From contig CM059432.1 of NCBI GenBank assembly GCA_030390025.1, positions 102,364,001 through 102,428,000 of the forward strand: DNA of 64,000 nt. Reading direction: 5' to 3'. Below the pieces are notes generated by a model. The model ran no database searches. It saw nothing but the letters and a program-made list of their open reading frames with translations, and was not told where the DNA came from. This document shows, one piece after another, positions 13,782 through 26,564 of this stretch (position 1 is the stretch's first letter; each line of letters begins with the position of its first letter). Position numbers and translations under genes: made by a program. Origin of the DNA: Squalus acanthias. Taxonomy: Eukaryota.

Positions 13782-15913
13782 AATCATAGAATCTTATTGC
13801 ATTCCGGCCATTCTGACCATCGGCCCTTGAAAGAGATATCCAATTAGTCCTACTCCCTTGCTCTTTCACCATGCATTTTTTTCCTTTTCAAGTATATATC
13901 CAATTCCCTTTTGAAAGTTACTATTGAATCTAAAAAATTCTCCTCATCTGCCCTCAAGTTCTTTTGATAATTATCTTCAATCTTTGTCCTCTGGTTACCA
14001 ACCTTCCTGTCAGTGGAAACAGTTTCTCCCTATCTACTCTATAAACCATTCATACTTTTAAACACTTGGACCTGGAGTTTCCACTTGGTGCGTTGTTTTA
14101 TTTGGTGCAATTCGCCCAAAGTCAGCGAAGTTCGAGCACAAGTTCGCAGAATTTCAAACTAAGTTTAGTGCAAATCGAGTTTCCACGATCATTTGGGCTA
14201 CTTTAAAAAAACATTGGGTCAACATTTGCGATCGGAGGCTTCAAGCGGGCGGACGCCTCCGACCTGCAAAATGCCTATGGTCCGTATTTTCCGATCGTAG
14301 GCCTCCCGCGTGCGGAGGCCTGCGATCTGGAAAAATCCAGGCCCTTACCTGAGGGCTCCCGGGACGCACACACTTCTGATCTTGGGCCTCTCCAAACTCC
14401 AAGTGCGCAGGGTCCACGTATCCCAGAGGCGCAGGCAGTTCGCAGCGTCCCTGGGATCACGTGGGCCATGGGGAGCCAATCAAAGAAGGGAATCTCCCTT
14501 CATACACCCCAAAAACATAGTAAAACTTTTTTAAATCACATTTTTAAAATGACTTGAAATTACAATAAATTAAATACGGAAAAAAAAATTAAATGTTTTT
14601 ACGGGGCTAAAAATAAACTTACCTTTTTGAAGAGTATTTTTAATTTATAAATGAGTTTACAAATTTCATTTTTCTATTTTTTTAAACTTTTAAGCTAGTA
14701 AAAGCTTTTACCAGGCGTAAGAATTTGACAGTCATTCAGTGGGCGGAAGTTGTGCAAAAAGTGCAACTCTCCACCTGCAGAGGCACTTTTCTTGGGATTG
14801 CGGATGATCTGTTAAGAGAATTCTTGACAGATCGCAAGTGCTGGTTTTCAGCGCATGCGCTTTGCATGCCTGAAACCGGCACTTGCGCGGCCCCTACAGG
14901 CTCGTACGCACCTCGTATGCACCCGTAGGGGTCACAAAATCCGGCCCATTGTGCTGGAAGCTGGCCCCACCCACAAAACTAGCCACACCCCCAGGAGGAA
15001 TTAATCACCGCTGGGAGTTCCGCTAATTGCACTCGCTTGTGGGCCTTCGAGGAGGCACTAAAAATTAAGTTGGTTCTTTTGGGCTCAAGGACATTTTAAA
15101 GAGTTTCGAATAAAAAAACAACTTACTAAGGAACTGCCCACTGTATCCCAATAAAACTAGCAAATGGATCTGTATATTTTTTTAAGTGAATTTCAGTTAT
15201 TTAAAATCGGGTTACTCAGGTGGTGGACTAGACACTCTGATTAAAATGCATATTTTTTGTGATAAACCCATTTTCAGCTGCATTTATCAAACTGCACCAA
15301 GTTACTACTCTTAACTATATCAAGGAATATTTTTTCAAGCAAAAATTTTCTTTAAAAAAAGTATTGGTTCATGGTAGATTTTGTGTTTGGCGATATGCAA
15401 AACAGAATCTTGAGAAAAATCACTTCTCAAAACTAGTGCAATTTTGGGCGCAATATGCGCCCAGTTTGCCGATTGCGGCCAAAGCCGAAACTCTACCCCT
15501 TCTATTAAATCTCCCCGTAACCTTCTCTGCTCTAAGGAGCACAATTCAGCTTCTCTATTCTCCCTACATAACTAAAGTCCCTCATCCCTGGTATCATTCT
15601 ACTAAATCTCCTCTGCACCCAAGACCTTGGCATCCTTCCTAAAGCGTGGTGCCCAGAATTGGACACCATACTGCAGTTGAGACCGAACCAGCGATTTATA
15701 AAGATTTACCATAATTTCCTTGCTTTTCTACTCTATAAAGCCAAGGATCCTGTGTGCTTTTTTAACAGCCTTCTCAACGTGTCCTGCCATCTTCAAAGAT
15801 TTGTGTATGTGAACCACCAGGTCTCTCTGTTTCTGCACCCCCTTTAAAATTGTACCATTTAGTTTATATTGCCTCTCCTCATTCTTCCTCCCAAAATGCA
15901 TCACTTCATACTT
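13782..15913 (-). mobile_element. CR1 LINE 3' fragment split by a MITE (13782-14068 and 15500-15913)
   Basis: GAATCATAGAATC tail; sequence resumes after the MITE in the LEQRRLRGDLIE region. Confidence 0.8.
14069..15499. mobile_element. Harbinger-type MITE containing a nested second MITE (14279-14947)
   Basis: Imperfect TIR GACCTGGAGTTTC / GAAACTCTACCCC with flanks TTG/TTC; nested element has TIR GGTCCGTATTTT / AAAATCCGGCCC and is homologous to 46731-47477. Confidence 0.7.
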
Positions 15914-16004
15914 CGAATCATAGAATCATAGAATGGTTACAGCGCAGAAGGAGGCCATTCGGCCCTTCGAGCCCATGTCAGCTCTCTTCTTCTTTCATAT
16001 GGTA

Positions 16005-16925
16005 GTAACAAAGCAAATCAAATGTCAATATCTAAGTCAGATATCCAGGCCAAAGCTTCCAGTGTAACAGTGTGGATATCTTGTAGGCTGCCTGCGAATT
16101 TCCTCTGAGGGCAGTGCTCAATGATGTGCTCCAGGATCTGATTAGGAGCTCCACAGTCGCATGATGGGGATGCTTTAATCTTCCATCTATGGAGAAGGTG
16201 GCAGCATCTACCATGACCGGTTCTGAGGCAGTTGATGGTTGTCCACTGTTTGCGAGGAAGGTTTGATCCTTCAGGTTGTACTGTGGGGTCCTCTATAAGG
16301 AATCCATTCCGTATGTCACAGTTCTTCCAAGCATTTTGCCATGGGTCTTCAAGGCTGAGGGGCGATCGCTGAAGGGCTTCGGCGATGGTCCAAAATGGCC
16401 TTCTAGATTTGAGACGGGTTGATGGTAGCTTGTTCAAATCAACCTTGTGTAGCGGTTGTATTCTCTGAAGACTGCATATTTGCAGCGTGGATGCTTTTAA
16501 AAAATTAATTTATCGCATGTGGGCATCGCTGGCAAGGCCAGCATTTATTGCCCATCCCTAGTGGTGGTGTGATGTTTGCAAGCACGGGCAGCCAAGGTGT
16601 TGGTGTCGATAAAAGCGTACCAGTCATAATTCTCATAGTAGAATTCAGCTGGACATCAATAGATTTGACATGCGGACTTGATAGAAATGCCGGAGAGCAG
16701 TACTCCACTGTAGAGTACACCAGGGCGAGTGCTACCATATGAAAGGTTTGAGTGTGGATCCAGCGAGTTTCTGGAACAAGTTGATACTACTCTTTAGTTT
16801 CTTCCCAATGTTCTGGAGATGCTGTCTATATGACAGGGTGCGATCAAGCGTGACTCCTAAATAGGAGGGTTTTTTGGCATGGTTTACCACTGCTCCACAA
16901 AAGGCTCTGCTCTGCAAGAACACGT
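16005..16925 (-). mobile_element. Vingi/Ingi-group non-LTR retrotransposon, 3' fragment (decayed)
   Basis: YLGVTLDRTLSY..KLAG, ALALVYSTVEYC..WLPVLANITPP, LRTGHGRC and C-terminal CDCG..HIIEHCP zinc finger; no RNase H seen; interrupted by a LINE tail at about 16497-16562. Confidence 0.65.
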
Positions 16926-17582
16926 CCTTTCCCCGAAGCCCTGCAATTATTTTTCCTTCAGGTACTTATCCAATTCCCTTTTGAAAGCCACGATTGAATC
17001 TGCCTCCACCACCCTTTCAGGCAGCGCATTCCAGATCCTAACCACTCACTGTGTAAAAAAGTGTTTCCTCATGTCGCCTTTGGTTCTTTTGCCAATCACC
17101 TTGAATTTGTGTCCTCTGGTTCTCGACCCTTCCACCAATGGGAACAGTTTCTCTCTATCTACTCTGTCTAGACCCCTCATGATTTTGAACACTTCTGTCA
17201 AATCTTCTCTCAACCTTCTCTGCTCTAAGGGGAACAACCCCAGCTTCTCTAGTCTAACCACTTCTCTGCATTAAATTTCATCTGCCATGTGTCTGCCCAT
17301 TTCACCAGTCTGTCAATGTCCTCCTGAAGTCTGTTACTACCCTCCTCACTGCTTACAACATTTCCAAGTTTCGTGTCATCTGCAAACTTTGATATTATGC
17401 CTCCTATACCCAACTCCAGGTCGTTAATATACATCAAAAACAGCTGTATTTCTAATACCAACCCATGGGGAACACCACAGTATACTTCCATCCAGTCTGA
17501 AAAACAATAATTCACCAGTACTCTCTGCTTTCGGTCTCTTAACCAATTTCGTATCCATGCTGCCACTGCCCCTTTACTCCCA
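16926..17582 (-). mobile_element. CR1 LINE ORF2 fragment with internal deletion
   Basis: ORFs 17249-17656 (KFADDTKL..WQMKFN) and 17046-17261 (LEQRRLREDL). Confidence 0.85.
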
Positions 17583-20500
17583 TTTGCTCTGTGTGAATGG
17601 GTCCCTTGCATCCGTCGCAGCAAGGGAAACCAAACATCTGGGACCTGAGTAAACAAGGCAAGCAGCTGTGTATCTCCTTAACGAATCAGATTGAAGGATT
17701 GTGAAATTAACAGTGCAAGGACTGAAAAGGAAGTGTAAATTTGAGTGGGGGAATTCAATGTTAAATCAGGTACAGAAAGAGAAATAAAGAGAGGGAAAGA
17801 AAGATTGGATTAAGAAATAGAGAAAAAGACAAGAAAAGCAAGAATTTTTATTTTATTTTACATTTTTTAAATCTCCAACAACAATTACAACCTGAAGGAA
17901 TGAAACTCTACATTTGGAATAGTTTATTTTCTGTGTTGTAAACTTGGCATTACATTCAGAAGATAAAGATAACCGTTCTGTTTCAAGTTTGATGTGAATT
18001 TAGTGTAGTTGATGTAAAAAATATGCTGTCTTCATTGAATACATTTCTGACCATCCTTGATCGCTATGCATTGAACATGAATTAAGGACGTATCTGATTT
18101 ATTTGGGTTGCGCTGAAGTCAGACAGTTAGGATGTCCACAAGGATGTCTTCAAAAGCAATGCCAGTGTGTCTACATGTTCATTTTAGTTATGAAGATTTG
18201 TTTAAGGCGGAGAGAAAGCATTAACATACGTTATATTATCCACTGCTGTAATCAGATGCCTTAATTGGAAATGCCGCTCTTGTAGTCATGAGCATGTTCT
18301 CTTTCATTCTGTTTTGATTTTTATGTATAATGCATTAAGCAGCAAGATATGGGACCAAGTGGCTCAATGGTAATGTTATTTTAGAAGGAAAGAAAGGACT
18401 GAAATAAAAGATGATTGCGCTCACTTGAAGTCTTCAGCGCAGCAACCGCCTATGCGATTCCCTCTGTCTTTATCTCTGGGTTCTTTCAGTAAGTTAAGGC
18501 GAGGCTGTTTCCTTAGACCAGATAATTTAACACGGGGAAACTTCATATTCGAGATTGGGCAATCGTGAAGCAGCAAGTCGTGCGATAGGTGGGGTTGAGC
18601 TGAAGTTTGGATTTGCCGGAGCATTCAAGGGTTTTTATTATTCGTTTTCTCCCATGTCGCCGCCCAGTTGTGCGTAGCTTGCTTTCCAAATAAAACAGTG
18701 CAAGTCTGCGGCATTTAATAGTGCAGTATTTATCACTTATGTGCGTTGCTTTCCATCATGTGAGGGAAATAGCAGTAACTGTGGTATGATTGGCTTTAAG
18801 TGTGTGGCTCCTGTCCTCCTTTGCCCCGAGTTTCAGCACAGCCCAGCCTCTATATTACACAACCCAACAGCTCGTTCATATTTGCGGGCCTGTCGCCCAT
18901 TATCATATCACTTATGGCATGTTAAGGGTTTCCCCAGAGAATTATTGCAGAGTGCAGTTTCCATTAATTGGAATTTTATTCCCTCTGTCGTTTGTAAGCT
19001 TGCAGCAATTTGTACCTTGTCTTTTGTAAATGCCGACGTGAAGTCTCTTCAGTACACTCGAGGTTGTTACTAAACAGCACGACTTACCGAACAGTCACAT
19101 CTTATTCATAATAATGCCGGATACATAAACGGCCACCTTTATCACATTGCTTAAAGGGCGATTTTCAATTTGATGCGACTGATGTTCAGAATATCGTGTT
19201 TAACACAATTCAGACCACCAGTTTAGCAGGGTTCTGTGGCAATCGCTGACCCTGTAACCTATAAAATGACCACCGCCTTCTGCAAAACTGCTCGTCAATT
19301 TGTTCTGTGTATGGGGAGGGGGTAAGCCTTATTCGGAGGGAGGACGCCGACTGACATGTAAGAACAGTGATTACGTGGCCACGCCCAGTAGGTACGACAC
19401 GCAGAAATGTTTCCTATAAGGAGATGCACACAATTAATTAAAACATCACCTATTCATTGGAATTGATTTTGCCTCTGTCCAAGTACTTAAGAAACGCTGC
19501 ACATGTAAAAGCAAGGCAATGAGAAACTGAAGCCAAAGTTTTAATAAGCAGTGAAATGCATTATATATTTATAAGACTATATCCATGCATTCAGTAACTG
19601 CCTTCTTTGATGATAGTTTTTGTATATCTAAACACGAACATCAGCCAGAATGCTGACAAAATATGTTAATATATCCCGAATTAGTCAATGACACTTTATT
19701 GACAGGATTTGACTAGTGGTGTACCCCAGGGATCTGTACTGGAGCCTCAGCTTTTTGCTATATTTATCAATGACTTAGATGAAGTAATAGAACGCTATGG
19801 GGGAGAAATTCATTATAGCCCAGGAATGGGCGGTAACTTCAGAAAAGTTTGAGATTTAGCATCAGGCGCTAATGAATCACGCTGCAGGCAAAATTAAGTC
19901 TCATCGCTCGAAAGGATTGGAGCGCTAAATCAAGCACTAATGACCTAGCTCAGTGGCATTAGACTCAAAGCGCTAACCAATATCAGGTGCAGTCTAATCG
20001 CAAGTCATCATTGCCACAGGCTCTTTCCAGTTCTTAAAGGGGAGGTTCATTAATGTTGCAGAATCTCACTCTCAGCATTGCTGGCTGTGAACCTGTATCA
20101 GCAAGTAAGAGCAGGAGCAGGCCAAGCCCAAGGAGCTGGACGACTCAAGCAGGTGTCATGATGGTAGATTCATGCCCCAGGGAGAGAGCCCACAGATTTT
20201 TGGACCAAGCATTGGAGGAGTTGGTGTCCGCTGTGGAGAGATGGAGGGCGGTGCACTACCTGGCAAGTGGCCCTTGCCGCAAGTCTTCCGCACCATGTGG
20301 AGGGAGGTTGCCCAGCATGTCTCAGGCAGCACTATGGTCCCCAGGAGCCACACACAGTACAGGAAGAAATTTACTAAACCTCACTCGGCTGGTCAGGGTG
20401 AGTCAATGCCTCAACAAATGCTACCTACCACCGTCTGAACCACATTCTGCACACACTGGCCAAAGCACCACACCCCCAGCACTCACCCACCAACAATCTC

Positions 20501-20676
20501 TGCCTACCAACACTCACACCCACATCTCACACCTCACACACAATGACAGCTATTAAACTATAGCAGGCACATCACCCAAACACATTGCTCCACACTCACT
20601 CACACATTTTCCTTTCTCTTGCAGGCCTAGGTGGCTCAGAACAGGAAGGAGCAGGAGCGCACAGGCGGGGGACAAG

Positions 20677-22309
20677 TGTAAAGGGTTTCGTGGCCTGTGA
20701 TTCTTTGCTATTGCTTGCTCTGGTCTCCGGCCAGACCTCTTGCAATAATCACCCGTGAGTGGTTCGACCCACTCGCCCTTACGGTTCTGACACCTGGACT
20801 TAGATGCAAAGGAGCAGTAATGCAGAGAAGGACTCAAATAGACCTGGTTGAATAATACGAAATGAATGCCTTTATTGTACGGTGTCCAAAATAATGAAAT
20901 ACATGTCATATGCGCAGATCAAAGAAATTACAAGTATACACACGTCTATAAATCTTGTTCTATACAAACGGGGAACACACGGCACATCGTAAAGGGGATA
21001 ACACATTACAAATTACCCTTAAAAACCACCCTCCCCTATAATACCTAAACTAAGTCTGGATTTGTAGGATCGGGAAACATGCTCACCACTCGGGTTATTT
21101 CGGAATTTAAAATGAGGCTCGCAGCTTTTCGTTGCAACCCCTGGCTGCCACGTGGCTGTGGAAGCTTCTGGGCACGACTTGTTTACTCTCGCTGCTGCGA
21201 TGGACCCACCAGGGTCAGCCCTGATGAACGTTCGTCGCGGATGGCCCAGGCTATTCGCTCAAATAACCAGAAGAAAAGGCCTGTCTTTCCTGATGTCATG
21301 AAGTATTCTGTAGGATTCCAAGAGTGGGTTTGAACTACTTCGTCGTTTATCTTCGGGCGCGGTCGGGGTTTGACTGACCCTGCCGGCTCCTTCGTGGAAT
21401 TCTTCTCGTCGCTCGGGCCTCGTTTGGCCGAAGTTCCTGCCTTCTTGACTGACAGTGGCTGGTCATTCGGGAACACACCGCTGCGTTGCCCTGATGGATC
21501 CGGACACCGATTACCGACGATCGGGATGGCGTGCCCTGCTGCCTGCCGTGTCAAGGTGGCTCGTCCTGAGGTTCCGTTCCTGACCGAATGTGAGCCTCTG
21601 CCCAAAACGAGCAACAACCACCACCCTGATGGACATTCTTCTTCTATAGTTATACTGTTGGAACGGGCCTTATCTCCCGCCCAAATCAAGATGCTGTCTT
21701 TTGTTTAATTTTGGCGCCCAAAGTTCTCGGTATGGGGTAATTGTCTCTTCAACTGGTTTTGGGATCACTCGAAAACTGGCCCAACTACCCGTTAATGTCT
21801 CTCTCATTGTTGGGCTGGGTGGAATTTGTATAATGGTCTCCTCAACTGATTTCGGGATCACTCGAAAACTGGCCCAACTACCCGTTAATGTCTTTCTCAT
21901 TGTTGGGCTGGGTGGAATTTGTATAATGATGCGTCTGGATGGGCCCGACCGCCCGGTGCAACGACTCCTCACCGTGCATTTAAAATGAGTCAAGCACTTA
22001 GTTTATTGTTTTGTCCAAAGCGTAAATGGGTTGCATACTGCCTTCCCAATCTGTACTGTGCATGATCTCATTATAAATGTATTTCCAGCGCCTTCTTGTC
22101 TGAGCCACTGCTACCGGTTTTCGCGGGTTTTTTTACTGCAGTGGTGAGTGCTCACCATGATCTGGAAAGCCTGTCACGATGCTTGGCGGCCATTTTACAA
22201 GGCTGCTATACCTTTTTTTTTTAAAGTAGCAGCCTTTCGTTCAATCAAATGTTCAATTAAACTTGCTTCTCTCCTTATTATTAAAATCGTGATAATTGCA
22301 AAATCTACA
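20677..22309. mobile_element. Solo LTR (1633 bp) of an unidentified retrovirus or LTR element
   Basis: TGTA...TACA termini, 4-bp TSD CAAG, and the Myb exon-2 sequence rejoins across the insertion. Confidence 0.8.
21743..21928. repeat. 93-bp tandem duplication inside the solo LTR
   Basis: GGGATCACTCGAAAACTGGCCC at 21761 and 21854. Confidence 0.9.
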
Positions 22310-22764
22310 CAAGCCAACACCCAACCACTGTCAGCACTGGAAAATAGAGTGCCTGAGATTATTGGGCGCCAGGTGGTGGGCGCCGTGGCCACCAGTGATG
22401 TTGACCCCCTTGTGGCCAACAACGGTGTGTTCATCCCTACTCCTTCTTACATCCATCTTCGCCCTCACCCCACAAGCTTTTCGCACTTTCCAGATAATCA
22501 TGCTGTATGCATGCATTTTTCCTTTCCTGCCCACCTCCCCTCATCTTAACCCGACTCTTGTGCCTTTATCCTTTCAGATAATGAGAAAGCACCTGAGCAG
22601 CCTGTCCCTGAAGGCACCGTTGAGAGCGAGGTGGGAGAAGAGGAGGAGGAAGAGCACACCAGGTCACTGCATGTCTCACCCGCAGGCACCAGCTCAGATA
22701 CTGGCACTACGCATTCTATAGAGGCTAGTATAGTAGCGGGATCTGCATAGGGTGATGCACCGAC

Positions 22765-24513
22765 AACAAGCTCAATGATAGAGGAGCCCAGCACGTGAGT
22801 GCAAAAGACAAGGCTAAAGCATTTGCAACCATCTTCAACCAGAAGTGCCGTGTGGATGATCAATATCGGCCTCCTCCTGACGTCCCCACCATCACGGAAG
22901 CTAATCTTCAGCCAATTCGATTCACTCTGCATGATATCAAGAAATGGCTGAGCACACTGGATACAGCAAAGGCTATGGGCCCTGACAACATCCCAGCTAT
23001 CGTGCTGAAGACTTGTGCTCCAGAACTAGCCGCACCTCTAGCCAAACTGTACCAGTACAGCAACAATACAGGCATCTATCTGACAATGCCCAGGTATGTC
23101 CACAAAAAGCAGGACAAATCCAATCCAGCCAATTACCGCCCCATCAGTCTACTCTCAATCATCAGCAAAGTGATGGAAGGTGTCATCGACAGTGCTATCA
23201 AGCAGCACTTACCAATAACCTGCTCACTGATGCCCAGTTCGGGTTCCGCCAAGACCACTCGGCTCCCAACCTCATTACAGCCTTGGTCCGAACATGGACA
23301 AAGGAGCTGAATTCCAGAGGTGAGGTGAGGTGAGAGTGACTGCCCTAGACATCAAGGCAGCATTTGACCGAGTGTGGCATGAAGGAACCCTAGTAAAACT
23401 GAAGTCAATGGGAATTGGGGGGAAAACTCTCCACTGGCTGAAGTCATACCTAGCACAAAGGAAGATGGTTGTGGTGGTTGAAGGTCAATCATCACAGCCC
23501 CAGGACATCGTGGCAGGAGTTCCTCAGGGCAGTGTCCTAGGCCCAACCATCTTCAGCTGCTTCATCAATGACCTTCCCTCCATCATAAGGTCAGAAATAG
23601 GGATGTTCGCTGATGACTGCACAGTGTTCAGTGCCATTTGCAACTCCTCAGATAATGAAGCAGTCCATGCCTGGATGCAACAAGACCTGGACGACATTCA
23701 GGCTTGGGCTGATAAGTGGCAGGTCACATTTGCACCACAGAAGTGCCAGGCAATGACTAGCTCCAACAAGCGAGAGTCTAACCACCGTCCTTTGACATTC
23801 AACGGCATTACCATCGCCGAATCCCCCACCATCAACATCCTGGGGGGTCACCATTGACCAAAAACTTAACTGGACCAGCCACATAAATACTGTGGCAACA
23901 AGAGCAGGTCAGAGGCTAGGTATTCTGCGGTGATTGTCTCACCTCCTGACTCCCCAAAGCCTTTCCATCATCTACAGGGCATAAGTAATGAGTGTTATGG
24001 AATACTCTCCACTTGCCTGGATGAGTGCAGCTCCAACAACACTCAAGAAGCTCGACACCATCCAGGACAAAGCAGCCTGCTTGATTGGCACCTCATCCAC
24101 CACCTTAAACATTCACTCCCTCCACCACCAGCGTACCGTGGCTGCAGTGTGTACAATCTACAAGATGCACTGCAGCAACTCGCCAAGGATTCTTCGGCAG
24201 CACCTCCCAAACCTGCGACCTCTTCCACCTAGAAGGACTAGGGCAGCAGGTGCATGGGAACACCACCACCTCCAAGTTCCCCTCCAACTCACACCCCATC
24301 CTGACTTAGAAGTATATCGCTGATGCTTCATCGTTGCTGGGTCAAAATCCTGGAACTCCCTACCTAACAGCACTGTGGGAGTACCTTCACCACGCGGATG
24401 CAGCGGTTCAAGAAGGTGGCTCACCAACACCTTCTCAAGGGCAATTAGGGATGGGCAATAAATGCTGGCCTTGCCAGCAACGTCCACATCCCATAAAATG
24501 AATTTTAAAAAAA
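22765..24513 (+). mobile_element. CR1/L2-group (Crack-like) LINE, 5'-truncated, frameshifted RT
   Basis: NYRPISLL, DIKAAFDRVWH, GVPQGSVLGP and FADD motifs; 3' tail with A-run. Confidence 0.88.
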
Positions 24514-25539
24514 GAACGGGCTGCAGCGTGGCCAGGGGGAAAGGGCAACTCGAGGGCCAGCTCCCCGGAGGGCGAGATCTGCTGCACAGGATGCAGATGA
24601 GGACCTCGATGGGGAGGCCTTTCGAAGAAGGGTGATGGGCATGTACACGGAGATGATAGGTGCAATAGCAAGGCTTCCCAAGAGCCTGTCGGCAATGGTA
24701 AGGCGCGTGGAGGAGTCCGCCTCCAACATTGCACAAAGCTTAGCACACACCATGGAGCCCATCATTTCCAGTCTGGAAAGAATGGTCAACTCCCAGAGAG
24801 ACCGTGGCAACCCAGCCCTGAAGCCACGTGTGATGGGTGATCTGGCAGCTTCCTCTGCAGCTCAGGCGGAAGCGACGCAACGTCTTTGTGCTGTAATGCA
24901 ATCTATGGTTTGTGCCATTCAATCTCAGACTGCTCTTATGCAGTCTCAGCTTGATGCCAAGTAAGCTCCTGGGGGAGTGGCAGTGGGTCAGTGGAGCAAG
25001 AGCCTGCTGTCCTCTCTCAGAATGACAGCATTCCTGCTCCCACCGCTGGCACTTCGCCATTGCCCTTGTCTCTGCCGGTCATCCAGCCGTCCCAGACAGC
25101 TGCCGCCCATGCTGAGGCTGTGCAGTCTACAGCCGGGCCTTCCAGGCCCAGAGCTTCGTCGAGGGCGTCCTGGAAATCCAGCTGAATTCTCCTGCACGGA
25201 CACTCAGCAGCCTTTCACCAGCCCTGCTGCAGCCACTGGGTCAACACTTCGTAGGCGCACTAGAGTAGGCAAAGGCACAGTATTAACAGGCACTAAGGGT
25301 TTGCACAAGGGTGAATATTTAATATTGTTGTTGTAAATATGTGTTAACTGATTAATGATAAATTTATTAATTCCGTTTGTATTATTTTGTGGTATGCCTC
25401 ATTTCAGCTTTGCACTGTGAAATGGCCTGCAACAGTGGTGGAATGATGGAGATGTGGTGAGCAACGGGGATTTGGGGTTTAATTTATTGGAACCGCAGTC
25501 TGATGAAGCAAGGTGAGTTTGAGTGTGGCTTTGCAGTAA

Positions 25540-26060
25540 CGTTTCGTGATCCACTGAGATCATTGAAAGGTTGGCGCCACTGCAGCCAGGGACCCCTGAC
25601 GATATCCCTGCTTTTACCCTCCTGTGCAATGTGCAACCAGGCTGTGTTGGTGTCCTGGGGAGGTCTCTTCCCCCCTTGGAAGGGAAGAGAACCTCCCTGT
25701 GTGCTGTGACTCCCTCCATAAGCATATGAAGGGAGTCATTGGAGAGCCTGGGTGCAACTGTTGACCTTTGTGCAGTGCTTGTCAGCGTTTGCAGCACCTC
25801 AATGCCGTCAAACACTGACAGAACAATTGTCAAACTCTATGTGGACATGGTCCCTTTCAGGAAACCGGCTGATGACGCATCATCAAATGACGTCATCAGA
25901 CCTGTTTCCTGTTAATTGGCCGTGAAACCCGCAGGGCAGGCTTAACAAGGCCAATCAAGGGAACATCACGTCTACAGAGTGGCTGCAGCTGGGAGCGGGA
26001 CCAGAACCAGGAAACCAGCTCTCCCACCCCCATCCCGCCTCCTCCATTAAATTCATGGCC
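25540..26060 (-). mobile_element. Decayed Harbinger terminal fragment (as 92-604)
   Basis: Homologous to 92-604; ends AAATTCATGGCC followed by TAA. Confidence 0.6.
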
Positions 26061-26074
26061 TAAGTGTTTTGGAC

Positions 26075-26400
26075 CTAAAAAAGACAGATTAAAGAGAAAC
26101 TATTTCCTCTGGTGGGTTGTCCATAACAAGAAAGCATAACATTAATATTAGAACTAGGCGGTTCAAGTGTGGCGTCAGGAAGCAATTTTTCATACAAAGT
26201 GTAGTGGAAATCTGGAATTCCCTCTCCCCCCAAAAAAGCCAGGTCAATTGAAAATTTCAAGACAGCAATTGATAGATATATGTTAGGTAAGGGTAATAAG
26301 TTATATGGAACCATGGAGTTGAGATACAGATCAGCCATAATCTAATTGAATGGTGGAACAGGCTTGAGGGGCTGAATAGCCTACTCCTGTTCCTATGTAT
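26075..26400 (+). mobile_element. CR1 3' fragment
   Basis: Typical 3' UTR GAATGGTGGAACAGGCTTGAGGGGCTGAATAGCCTACTCCTG. Confidence 0.7.
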
Positions 26401-26564
26401 ATAAAGTTTAAAGTGTCTCTGCTATAAATTGTAGCAAGAGAAATATTGCTCATATTTTAAAATGGTGCACAAGGAGTTCATTGTAGTTTACTGTTTACTT
26501 AACAATGAAATCAGATCAGGAAGGCACAGTGCATGGCCAGCTTAGATATGTACTCCCATTCCAA

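Larger units (their letters stand above)
19799..25500 (+). mobile_element. Decayed Harbinger element with 3-exon Myb/SANT gene, interrupted by a solo LTR and a LINE
   Basis: Left end GGGGGAGAAATTC; exon 1 (RERAHRF..WREVAQ..QYRKKF, donor near 20398); exon 2 from 20624, split at 20677-22309; exon 3 from about 22578, split by the LINE and resuming with EDLDGEAFRRRVMGMYTEM; right boundary uncertain. Confidence 0.75.

Noticed and set aside
18400..19500. Second CpG-retaining unique block as a possible exon or promoter
   Set aside because: No credible ORF or splice pair; may be regulatory but cannot be supported from sequence alone
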